DNA from: an uncultured Candidatus Poseidoniales archaeon
GTDB lineage: Archaea > Thermoplasmatota > Poseidoniia > Poseidoniales > Thalassarchaeaceae
Assembly: GCA_964556195.1 (NCBI GenBank)
Contig: CAZKVK010000001.1
Location: forward strand, 1,180 to 65,179
Reading direction: 5' to 3'
Length of the DNA stretch: 64,000 nt
Positions 1 through 8,293 of the stretch are shown one piece after another. The notes beneath the pieces were generated by a model. That model saw nothing but the letters and a program-made list of their open reading frames with translations, was not told where the DNA came from and did not search any database. How positions within the stretch are numbered: position 1 is the first letter of the stretch; every line of letters starts with the position of its first letter. A program made the translations under genes and the position numbers.

Positions 1-905
1 TCTCTCAATTCCTCATTTTGCGGTCTTGCAGCGATTAATGCGAAACCAGCTCCGGCCAAGGCGATACCATCAATTTCTATGTCCAAGTCAAGGAGTGACT
101 TAGCCGAAAATGCGATTACCGTGAGGCCTAGAATTCCTAGTGTTGTAAACATCAATTGCTTGTCATTGATTGCATCCCACTCATCTTCCTCCAATAGTAG
201 GTCAACATGTGGAGGTTTCTGCTCAGCCCAATCACGGTAATACCACCTAAAGTAACCCAATGTCGCAACCCATGCGAAGAATGTCAAAATCCCAAGTCGG
301 AATAAGAAGCCATTGAATGAGAAGGCTAGAAGGGCTTCGTCAGCTGCTGCCGCTGCAATCATCACGTTTGGAGGGTCTCCAACCATAGATGCCACACCAC
401 CAGTGTCAGAAAGGATAGCTTCTGCCAGCAATGGAGGAACTGGATTTATTTCCAATTTATTGCAAATTCTGAGTGTTACAGGAGCGATGATAATAATTGC
501 AGTTACATTGTCGATTACAAGAGAAATCAGAGTGGTAAATGTCCCTAGTAGGACAATCAGTCTCCATGGATCACCTTTGCTCATCTTTGAGGCCTTGATT
601 GCAACATACTCGAAAAATCCACATAACTCAAGAATGGATGCAAAAATCATCATCCCTAGTAGTAGGCCGATTACTTCCCACTCAATCCAACCTATCATCG
701 TATGTTCCAGCGTATAGGTTTTGATTGGATCCCCTCCAGCGGTTGTGTAGACTTCGTGAAGATGGAATACTCCAGAGTAATGACCATAGAGGAGCATTAG
801 TACAGAACCAAACCATGCGGCAATTGTCCTATGCACAACCTCTGAGAGAATTAGGGCAAAGGATAGTACGAAGATTGCCAATACAACTTGAGGTTCGGTC
901 ACCAT
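1..905 (-). CDS. ArsB/NhaD-superfamily ion permease (N-terminal ~300 aa; 3' part of gene lies before window start)
   Basis: Minus-strand translation from ATG at 905..903 gives MVTEPQVVLAIFVLSFALILSE... with many hydrophobic helices and motifs IDNVTAIIIIAPVTLRI and GGVASMVGDPPNVMIAAAA typical of ArsB/NhaD (citrate-transporter-like) permeases. Plus-strand ORFs 313..717 and 725..937 are shadows of this gene. Confidence 0.6.
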   Translation of the reverse strand, partial: MVTEPQVVLAIFVLSFALILSEVVHRTIAAWFGSVLMLLYGHYSGVFHLHEVYTTAGGDPIKTYTLEHTMIGWIEWEVIGLLLGMMIFASILELCGFFEYVAIKASKMSKGDPWRLIVLLGTFTTLISLVIDNVTAIIIIAPVTLRICNKLEINPVPPLLAEAILSDTGGVASMVGDPPNVMIAAAAADEALLAFSFNGFLFRLGILTFFAWVATLGYFRWYYRDWAEQKPPHVDLLLEEDEWDAINDKQLMFTTLGILGLTVIAFSAKSLLDLDIEIDGIALAGAGFALIAARPQNEELR

Positions 906-930
906 TACTCCGTCCGAACTTTGATGTGTC

Positions 931-937
931 TAAATAA
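931..937 (-). promoter_or_regulatory. candidate archaeal TATA box (TTATTTA on minus strand) ~24-30 nt upstream of permease start codon
   Basis: Minus-strand sequence TTATTTAGACACATCAAAGTTCGGACGGAGTAATG. Spacing fits a leaderless transcript. Confidence 0.35.
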
Positions 938-955
938 GTCACTATCACGAGAGTG

Positions 956-962
956 AAAAAAA
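956..962 (-). terminator. oligo-T (T7) archaeal-type terminator 16 nt after stop of the CRM-domain gene
   Basis: A7 run on plus strand = T7 on the coding (minus) strand directly downstream of the 978..1250 gene. Confidence 0.4.
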
Positions 963-977
963 CGCAATGAATGACCC

Positions 978-1250
978 TTAATTCCCAGACCAGAAAACCG
1001 CGACATTGCCTCTTTGAAAAACTATAGTTGATTGAGTGGATTCGGCCATTTCTGAGAACAACCCTAACCTCTCGTTCGAGCCCTCGACAACTCCCCGATT
1101 GGCCTTTACTTTGACCAGGTTTCTCTTGTTTAGTTGATCATTCAATTCTTCAACAATAGCCTCGGTTAAACCGTTCCTACCCACTCTCACAGATACCAAG
1201 AGATCTCTATCATTAGCCATGTGTTTTATGTGATTGGGGATCGAGGTCAT
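978..1250 (-). CDS. CRM-domain (YhbY-like) RNA-binding protein
   Basis: 90 aa; VRVGRNGLTEAIVEELNDQLNKRNLVKVK matches the conserved core of the CRS1/YhbY CRM domain (G.NGLT....EI..AL..HELVKVK). Confidence 0.6.
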   Translation of the reverse strand: MTSIPNHIKHMANDRDLLVSVRVGRNGLTEAIVEELNDQLNKRNLVKVKANRGVVEGSNERLGLFSEMAESTQSTIVFQRGNVAVFWSGN

Positions 1251-1252
1251 GA

Positions 1253-1567
1253 CTATTCCGCCTTGTTCAATTTACGACGATGAACTCGGTCACAATCTAG
1301 GCAGGTTAGCTTTTGAATTCCATTTTGAATTCTCACTCTGGCATTCTGCCCTGGCCTTAGACTAGTGTTGCAAGTTCTACAAATTAGATCACGTATTTTA
1401 GAGTCTGCTCTTACTCCATGTCTCTTTGAGGTCCTGAGCAAATCCCTAGCTGCCAAGTCGGCAATTTCCTTTTCCGAACCAAGGATTAGTTTTGAGAGAT
1501 GATTGATTGAATCTTCAGCCCTCTTTTCCCTTTTTTTAGAGTCGCGGCCTTTTCTGCGACCAGTCAT
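1253..1567 (-). CDS. rnp4: RNase P protein component 4 (Rpp21/Rpr2 family)
   Basis: 104 aa basic protein with a C-terminal zinc ribbon, CRTCNTSL...ARVRI...KLTCLDCDRVHR, and an N-terminal basic helical region as in archaeal Rpp21. 2-nt spacing to the upstream gene. Confidence 0.7.
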   Translation of the reverse strand: MTGRRKGRDSKKREKRAEDSINHLSKLILGSEKEIADLAARDLLRTSKRHGVRADSKIRDLICRTCNTSLRPGQNARVRIQNGIQKLTCLDCDRVHRRKLNKAE

Positions 1568-1576
1568 ATTTCCACC

Positions 1577-2203
1577 TCATAAAATCGTAGAAATCGCTGC
1601 TTCAACTGAAGCACCGACTTGTTCAATGGAAGCATTGCCGTCTATTCTGATAAGCAAACCTCTCTCTGAGTACCAATCTGCTAGTGGAGCAGTTTGGGAA
1701 TGATAAGCCTGTAATCTAGACCTAACAGTTTCTTCCGTGTCATCTGGCCTCTGGATTAACCGACCTTCTATTTCTGGTGGAGCCGGTTTGAATATTACAT
1801 GAAAAATTTCCCCTGTTTCTGGATCCATCCTTCTACCAACTATTCTGTCGACAATTGCATCGTCCGGAACTTCAATAGAAATCACTGAAGAAACTGCCGC
1901 TATCTTCTCGAGTGATTCTGCTTGTGGGATGGTCCGAGGGAAGCCGTCAAAAAGTACTCCTTGGCGAGCATCATCATTCTGCAATCGTTCTTGAATTAAG
2001 CCAATTATTATCTCGTCAGGCACTAATAATCCAGCGTCCATGTATTCCTTGGCCGCTATTCCCATTGGAGATCCTACCTTTACGGCTGCTCGTAGCATAT
2101 CACCAGTGGAGATTTGTGGTTTACCTGTGAGTTCCACTATCCTACCAGCTTGTGTGCCCTTTCCCGCACCTGGTGGTCCAAAGAGTACTATCGACCCTCT
2201 CAT
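1577..2203 (-). CDS. adk: adenylate kinase
   Basis: P-loop IVLFGPPGAGKGTQ, NMP-binding ISTGDMLR and LID region VGRRMDPETGEIFH. Start placed at MRGSIVLFGPP (2203); the longer ORF to 2308 adds a non-conserved 35-aa extension that overlaps the next gene. Confidence 0.85.
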   Translation of the reverse strand: MRGSIVLFGPPGAGKGTQAGRIVELTGKPQISTGDMLRAAVKVGSPMGIAAKEYMDAGLLVPDEIIIGLIQERLQNDDARQGVLFDGFPRTIPQAESLEKIAAVSSVISIEVPDDAIVDRIVGRRMDPETGEIFHVIFKPAPPEIEGRLIQRPDDTEETVRSRLQAYHSQTAPLADWYSERGLLIRIDGNASIEQVGASVEAAISTIL

Positions 2204-2250
2204 CGACTCATCCAGCCGCTTCGTAGTCTTAAGACAGCGCCTGAGACCAC

Positions 2251-5200
2251 TCAGGTATTCTGTTCGTACCAAAGGTGCCCATAGGCTACCCACTGATCCA
2301 TCGTCCATCCATCGGGCAATCCTCCCGGTGGTAGAGGCATTGCCCCCGGAGGCACAGGAACAGGGGGTGGCAGAGAGGGAGCGGATGAGGATATTACATC
2401 AGAGATTTCATCATCACTAACCGACTTACTCAACACCTCGCCAGCAGAGCCTGTTTCTAGAGCTATGGCCCTTCGCTCGGTTTGGGAACCAGAATGAAGC
2501 GCAGAACCCACTGGAATCAATTCCTCATCTGGACTCATGTTGCTTGCAGATTGTCTACGCATTCGAACTAATACAACTCCTAAACTAGCTAGAACTGCTA
2601 GGAAAACTATCGCTAGGGTCCACTTAGGCAATCCAAGCGAGACCATCAAGCAACCAATGCCATTACAGGAATCGTCTCTAGAACGAGAAACTTCTAGAAC
2701 AATTTCAGTATTTGTAATTGTAGATGCCCCTCCACTATCTGTAGAGTTAGCCCAAATTATAAAACTCGCTAAGCCGGGTGATGCTGAGTTTTTCGGAGAT
2801 GCTTTGGCGGTGATTTCTACGGAGTCTCCAACGGCAATCATATCGACTGTTATTGGAATAATTTCGATATTCCAATTTGTCAATTCACTCGCTTCAAAAC
2901 TAAACCCTGAGGGTTGGTTTCCTAGATTAGTTACAGAGATAATGAAAGTTTCATAAGAACCTGCTTTTATGTCATTAAGGGTCATCGCATCTGGAGACAT
3001 TTCGACAAATATCGAGGGGGTGATCTCGACCTTCAATTCGAAAGTATGCGTTACAGTTTCCATTCCTGGGGTGACTGCCTCAACAATAACTGGAACTGTC
3101 ACATCCATAATTCCAACAGGTAAATTGCCGGGCACATCCAAACCAACGGTCACGAGCGCTTCACGATTCATATCTAGAGTGGATGGAATCAGGGATTGGA
3201 AGCCACCGACCCAATCCATTGGAAGAGTTCCAATGCTCCAAGTTAGAGATAATGGAACATTTCCAGCATTTCTGACCCAAACATCCGTGGTGCCGGTTTG
3301 ACCTAATGATAGGAGAATCGTAGAGTCTTCGGATGCCTCAAGGTCTGCGATTTCCTGAACAATGAATCGGGTTGCGTTAACAACCATATCCCCGTCGACC
3401 AAAGTGGTTCGAAGTGTCAATGTATTCCTAGTATTCATCTCGGCATTCTCTGGCACCATCATTTGAACTGTAACTGTTGCAACATCCCCGGCTTCTATTG
3501 AGAATTGCAATTGTTCAGTCGTTTGCTGTTGGCCATAAACCAACTGTGCCGCCCAAGTGTTAAGAGAGGAACTGACCGTCATAGTGAAGTCCATTCGAAT
3601 ATTGCCATCATTGGAAACAATTACACTAGTTTCAGAGAGATTTCCATTTAGGACAGCTCTATCTTCTGCAAGCGCCAACGCGCCCAATATATTGCCTTCT
3701 TCGTCTTTCAAATCAACTTTGAAATCATAACTCTCGAAGACTGTGACCGTTGCGATATCTGTCGCTGAAACCGTGGAATCTTGTACAGATGTAGTTACAC
3801 AAGTAATGTCCTCTGTAACTCCAGCAGCTGGTTCCCCTCCATTTGCTGCTGGAATTCGAACATGTATAGGGAGTGGCAAGAATTGTAGTCGGCTAAGTGG
3901 ATCCAAAACTACCGATGAAGATCCACTGCTACCGATGTTCACTATCCATTGACTGGGGCTGTCACAACTGACTGAATATTGTGTATCTCCATTACCAGTA
4001 TTCCTTATTGATAGTGAATAAGTTGCAGTTTTTCCCGGTTTGGCCCCTAGGTCATTTCCGGTTCCTGCAAGAATTGTGAATAGACCTTCGACCCTTTCTA
4101 CCACAGAAGTAATTCTGATGGTGTGAGAAATGGTTGGAGCATCTTTATCGAACAAATTCAAATCATTAACGAAATTGCCCGGTAATGCATATCTAGCACC
4201 AGCGGAATTTTCTAAATCCGCATCTACATCTTCCAAGGTTAGTGTAACAATTCTCGAATCTCCACTCTCGCCCGATGCAGCAAGATCCCATGGACCTGTT
4301 TCGTTGAGTAATTTCCACCATTCATCAGTTGGAGATTGTAAAATTCCCTGTTCGTCAACCCTCTGAACAGGTGTAACAGATAGGCCAACCGAAATAGCAG
4401 AAGTGCCTTCATTTTGCAGCATAAATTCGTAAGTTAGCATACTACCTGTCCTTGGGTCTAATGTTTTGGTCAGGGCCTGTTCTAGTTCGGAAGGGGTAAT
4501 TGGAATTGAACCATCTTCCATAAGTGGAGTGATTCGAACTCCAATTTGAGAAATTTGGACAGTTAATTGATAGTGATTATTGTTGATTCCGTTGATTTCA
4601 TCATTCAACTCGACTACTGAATCTTCAGTGTCGAGTCTCAATTCCAGTAGATGCTCACCGGTTGTTTGGAAAACATGAGGGAAAGATAGCGACGTTGTAA
4701 CTCCGCCACCTAGTGAAGTCCGATCCGAAGTATAGAGAATTGTTCCTTCGGTGAGGTCCTCGATCTCAATTGTGTAGGCGCCGCTGGCTTGTGATGCTTG
4801 ATTTCGCCAAGCAGCTTCTACTAGCACCGTATCTCCCTGCAAAGGTGCTAAGATCGAAGTACTCAAAGAGCCTTCAAAGACTGTAAGGTCGGCTGTAGGT
4901 TGCTCTTGTAACAAGCCCGTAGCAACCAAAGCAAAACTTTGCGTCACTCCACCGGCATGACCAACGCCAATGGTCCACATACCACTATTTCCAGCTGGGA
5001 TTTTGATTCTCTCGATGTTATTCAATCGATCTGCAGACCCTCCTGTTGTTGAGTACCCATTGGAAAATACATTACCGTAGTATACAGTTCCATCCGGAGA
5101 GGTCGCTGTTAGATCTAAATCGTTGACTAATTTTGCAGCGCTTTGGTTTGCGATTGTAGATGCTTCTGAATCCACCCAGGCTAAAGTGACATCGAAATCG

Positions 5201-7041
5201 GTTGCCGAATCTACAGTAAAGGTGTAAACGAAACTATGTGCCGGATCCAGCTCTCGAGAGTCGTCAAATAGTAGGTCTAAATCAGTACCATCTTCATTGG
5301 GAGAAATTGAATTTGCAACATTAATCTGACCCCAGCCCTCAGAGGGGTTAGGGATGTTTGCAACCCCAATATCATCGGCTCCGTTGATCAATAATGCCTT
5401 GATTAAGTCCGAACGTGGCTCAGTAATTCCAACATCTGTTCTAAGATATTGGCGGACCATAGCAGCACCACCAGCGGCGACTGCAGTGGCCATCGAGGAG
5501 CCATTTAGGGCCATATACAGAGGAGTGGTTCCATCGGAATGGGTGCTAGAACTGCATGACTCTCCTTGCGCACTACTTGCCTCCTCAGCACGAGCTGAAC
5601 ACAACATAACACCTGGAGCAACCATATCTGGTTTGATTCGACCATCAAGTGTGGACCCCTTAGAAGAAAAATAGGGAACACTCCCCTCTGGGTCGGTGCC
5701 CATAGAACCGGTTGTTGATGCCCCGATAGTTAGGACATTCTTGGCTGAGCCGGGAGGGGTGACTGTATTACTACCATCTTCACCAAGGTCTCCTGAAGAA
5801 AATAGTACTAGGAAGCGAGGGTTATCGACAATGAATGCGTCGGCGGAACGGGAATCTGAACTGTATTCTCCAACTAAATTCTCGTTACCCCAAGAATTAG
5901 TTTGAATCCTAGCAGAATTCTGCCAAGCATGGGTGAACATATCGTATAGGGAACCCCATCTGGCAAGAATTCCAGAAGAGTCAACTTCTAGTTGGTAGAA
6001 ATGGAAAGTGGCAGCGGGAACCATTCCCAAGGCCGCAATGTCACCTGACCCGTCTCCAAGTAGAGTTGCAGTGACGTGGGTGCCATGACCTGAATTACTA
6101 TCAAGTGCCGAGTTATCTGGCCCAAACTGGTTGTAAATTCCTCTTACTCTACCGTCAAAATCGCCATGATCTGCATCTAATCCAGTATCTGAAATTGCGA
6201 TAACCTCGCCGCTTCCATTGAGAGTATTTGCAGAATTAACAAGAGCTTGGTTTATCCCTGCAACATCACTTGCAACCGAGTTATGAATTGACAATTTAGA
6301 GGCGAGGTGAATATGCAAAATTCTTCCATCCATCGCAAGAATTGGAATCCAAATTGCGTTAACCGATTTTGGCTGACAAAGATGAGAGTCGCAAATATCT
6401 CTTAAAGAAATACTTCCAGATATAGATTCAAGGTCCAATTGTAATTGCTTGAGTTCTTGGTTTGAAAGATCAGGAGCAGGTATTAGATCGATGTCCAAAG
6501 TTATTGCTTCCCTACCAGCAATGGCGGCAATCTCAGGGCTAACTCGCCATGCAATAGGTAATTCACCAGCCCACCGGACTCCCTCCATAGACCCTAATTC
6601 TAGAAGGGTGATTGCTGAATTGAATTGCATTGGGATTCTAATGATTAGAGTGTCGTCAGGAATAGAATCGATTACTACCAAACCTCTCTCCCGCAGGTTT
6701 TGTTGAAGTGTGGTCAAGTCGGCTAAAGTTGATTGCACAAGGGCGAGTCGAGTCCTATCCAATGCTTGAAAATCAACAATATTTTCCGGACCCAGCGGAA
6801 TCGGTTGAAGAATGGGGTCGAAGCTACCGTACGGAGAATGAATTAATCCTGATGTCGGCTTCAATTGGTGAGTGCTGGAAGAGACGCTTGAAAATGGTTG
6901 GAATTTTACATTTACTACTTCCTCTTCGCCATACTCAGAGTCAATTTCATTGTATGTATTAGTAGCTGAAGTAACGCCTGTCGACCAGCCGCTAAGTACG
7001 AGCATTAACAGGGTAATTAGAACCAGCCGGCGGTCATTCAC
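2251..7041 (-). CDS. Giant secreted S8 subtilisin-like serine protease (1596 aa) with signal peptide, C-terminal TM anchor and ~110-aa proline/tryptophan-rich cytoplasmic tail
   Basis: GTG start; N-terminal signal peptide MNDRRLVLITLLMLVLSGWSTGVTSA. Subtilase catalytic triad blocks AISDTGLDADHGDF, HGTHVTATLLG, GSSMATAVAAGGAAM. C-terminal hydrophobic helix LAIVFLAVLASLGVVLV followed by RMRRQ and the tail ...PPPVPVPPGAMPLPPGGLPDGWTMDQWVAYGHLWYEQNT. Confidence 0.85.
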   Translation of the reverse strand: MNDRRLVLITLLMLVLSGWSTGVTSATNTYNEIDSEYGEEEVVNVKFQPFSSVSSSTHQLKPTSGLIHSPYGSFDPILQPIPLGPENIVDFQALDRTRLALVQSTLADLTTLQQNLRERGLVVIDSIPDDTLIIRIPMQFNSAITLLELGSMEGVRWAGELPIAWRVSPEIAAIAGREAITLDIDLIPAPDLSNQELKQLQLDLESISGSISLRDICDSHLCQPKSVNAIWIPILAMDGRILHIHLASKLSIHNSVASDVAGINQALVNSANTLNGSGEVIAISDTGLDADHGDFDGRVRGIYNQFGPDNSALDSNSGHGTHVTATLLGDGSGDIAALGMVPAATFHFYQLEVDSSGILARWGSLYDMFTHAWQNSARIQTNSWGNENLVGEYSSDSRSADAFIVDNPRFLVLFSSGDLGEDGSNTVTPPGSAKNVLTIGASTTGSMGTDPEGSVPYFSSKGSTLDGRIKPDMVAPGVMLCSARAEEASSAQGESCSSSTHSDGTTPLYMALNGSSMATAVAAGGAAMVRQYLRTDVGITEPRSDLIKALLINGADDIGVANIPNPSEGWGQINVANSISPNEDGTDLDLLFDDSRELDPAHSFVYTFTVDSATDFDVTLAWVDSEASTIANQSAAKLVNDLDLTATSPDGTVYYGNVFSNGYSTTGGSADRLNNIERIKIPAGNSGMWTIGVGHAGGVTQSFALVATGLLQEQPTADLTVFEGSLSTSILAPLQGDTVLVEAAWRNQASQASGAYTIEIEDLTEGTILYTSDRTSLGGGVTTSLSFPHVFQTTGEHLLELRLDTEDSVVELNDEINGINNNHYQLTVQISQIGVRITPLMEDGSIPITPSELEQALTKTLDPRTGSMLTYEFMLQNEGTSAISVGLSVTPVQRVDEQGILQSPTDEWWKLLNETGPWDLAASGESGDSRIVTLTLEDVDADLENSAGARYALPGNFVNDLNLFDKDAPTISHTIRITSVVERVEGLFTILAGTGNDLGAKPGKTATYSLSIRNTGNGDTQYSVSCDSPSQWIVNIGSSGSSSVVLDPLSRLQFLPLPIHVRIPAANGGEPAAGVTEDITCVTTSVQDSTVSATDIATVTVFESYDFKVDLKDEEGNILGALALAEDRAVLNGNLSETSVIVSNDGNIRMDFTMTVSSSLNTWAAQLVYGQQQTTEQLQFSIEAGDVATVTVQMMVPENAEMNTRNTLTLRTTLVDGDMVVNATRFIVQEIADLEASEDSTILLSLGQTGTTDVWVRNAGNVPLSLTWSIGTLPMDWVGGFQSLIPSTLDMNREALVTVGLDVPGNLPVGIMDVTVPVIVEAVTPGMETVTHTFELKVEITPSIFVEMSPDAMTLNDIKAGSYETFIISVTNLGNQPSGFSFEASELTNWNIEIIPITVDMIAVGDSVEITAKASPKNSASPGLASFIIWANSTDSGGASTITNTEIVLEVSRSRDDSCNGIGCLMVSLGLPKWTLAIVFLAVLASLGVVLVRMRRQSASNMSPDEELIPVGSALHSGSQTERRAIALETGSAGEVLSKSVSDDEISDVISSSAPSLPPPVPVPPGAMPLPPGGLPDGWTMDQWVAYGHLWYEQNT

Positions 7042-7067
7042 GAGTTTGTCGGAGAATTGAGGGGCTT

Positions 7068-7099
7068 TTGACCGTTCATGTTGATTGACCTACGGTCAA
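7068..7099. promoter_or_regulatory. inverted repeat TTGACCGT-N16-ACGGTCAA in the gap/subtilase intergenic region
   Basis: Perfect 8-bp arms read directly, with extra TTGAC/GTCAA copies inside and after (TTGATTGACC, GTCAAGTCAAG). Sits 27-58 nt upstream of the subtilase GTG start. Confidence 0.35.
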
Positions 7100-7124
7100 G
7101 TCAAGAAAAATCATTGAATATCAA

Positions 7125-8165
7125 TCAAAGATTGTAATAGGCGTCGATTGCAGCATCGGTTTTTGCGACTGATTTTCTCCAATCTGATTCGACACCCATA
7201 AGTGCACGGATGCAATCAATATTTTCTGGAATTACATCACTTTCTTGGTGAATTGCTTGGAAATAGTAAAGGCGACTTCCTACTAATTTAACTCCATCTT
7301 CCCAAACGAAAATTTCATGTAAATCGCCCCATTTTCTTCCGATGTCTCGAGCCATCTCCATTACTTCAGCAGTGGTGGTGATTCTATTCTCTTCTCCATG
7401 CATTACAATTACTCTAGGTTGATCTTTCCACATTTCGATAATTGATTCAGTGGTTAGGCCATGTCCTTCGGGTAAATCCGCAATAATCGAATGGACATGC
7501 ATTATTGTAGTCGGAACAGCAACCGCTAGAGAATTGATTTCAATTTCTGGCTTTACGGTCATAACATCTGGGCCGTGGTGGCTTGGAACTTTTAGAACGG
7601 GTTTGATGGCGTTGATTGGACCTTTCTTTGAGTCACCAGGGTCAGCTGCGCGCCTAACCATTGTACATTCCACCTTTAGCGAGCCACAGTGTTCGTAAAT
7701 TGGAACCAAGGTTCTGGAAAGGCCGGTTGTATTGCAAGACACCACTCTGGTGCCGTCAGCATTCAGGTTTGCGGCGTGGTTTGCGCAGGAGGTGTATGAC
7801 AAACCAGTGAGGTCGTGCTTCTCTCCGCCTTGGAAAATATGTTTGATTCCAGCGGCTTTGTATTTTGCAAGATTACCTGCCCCCATCTTTCCAGGAGCGC
7901 AGTCGATTACTACATCTGCCGCCGATAAAAGGTCAGAAAGACCGCCTTTGCATTCGTAGTCTTGTTCTGCAAATGCAGCAATTCTCTCTACATCATCAAA
8001 TGTGCAGTATAGTGGAAAGCCCTTCTTGACAGCTAAATCACAGCCAAAGGATGGACCAGTCTTGGTTACACCAATTATTTCCATGTCATCCTGTGCATCT
8101 ACTGCATCAGCGACCCGCTTTCCAATTGTTCCAAATCCATTAATTGCGACCTTGATTAACCCCAT
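7125..8165 (-). CDS. gap: glyceraldehyde-3-phosphate dehydrogenase, archaeal type II
   Basis: MGLIKVAINGFGTIGKRVADAV Rossmann start, SCNTTGL active-site cysteine block, archaeal GAPDH length (~347 aa). Start chosen at MGLIKV rather than the upstream ATG at 8267. Confidence 0.85.
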   Translation of the reverse strand: MGLIKVAINGFGTIGKRVADAVDAQDDMEIIGVTKTGPSFGCDLAVKKGFPLYCTFDDVERIAAFAEQDYECKGGLSDLLSAADVVIDCAPGKMGAGNLAKYKAAGIKHIFQGGEKHDLTGLSYTSCANHAANLNADGTRVVSCNTTGLSRTLVPIYEHCGSLKVECTMVRRAADPGDSKKGPINAIKPVLKVPSHHGPDVMTVKPEIEINSLAVAVPTTIMHVHSIIADLPEGHGLTTESIIEMWKDQPRVIVMHGEENRITTTAEVMEMARDIGRKWGDLHEIFVWEDGVKLVGSRLYYFQAIHQESDVIPENIDCIRALMGVESDWRKSVAKTDAAIDAYYNL

Positions 8166-8257
8166 GGTGTAGCCCCATACGCCCTTTGGGCAAATCGATG
8201 CCGTAATCGAACCTCTATCAATAATGCTCTTGCAGGACGCCGCGGGAAATAAGCAGA

Positions 8258-8271
8258 AATATTGCAATATT
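8258..8271. promoter_or_regulatory. perfect 14-bp palindrome AATATTGCAATATT in divergent gap / GXGXG promoter region
   Basis: Self-complementary sequence read directly. Ends 23 nt upstream of the ATG at 8294. AT-rich halves could double as a TATA element. Confidence 0.35.
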
Positions 8272-8293
8272 CAGTATCTTCTCACCCGTCAGA

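Noticed and set aside
313-937. Plus-strand ORFs 313..717 and 725..937
   Set aside because: They lie antisense to a much better minus-strand permease gene with clear transporter motifs. Their compositions are low-complexity Ala/Ser-rich, typical of shadow frames.
2203-2308. Long form of adk starting at 2308
   Set aside because: The extra 35 aa are unconserved and overlap the stop of the neighbouring subtilase gene. The conserved P-loop starts right after the internal Met at 2203.
2537-3301. Antisense ORFs inside giant genes (e.g. 2537..2956, 2969..3301, 8653..9150, 10489..10983, 26162..26374, 48440..48661)
   Set aside because: All are embedded antisense or out-of-frame within long, motif-supported genes. 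They arise from the low stop-codon density of these sequences.
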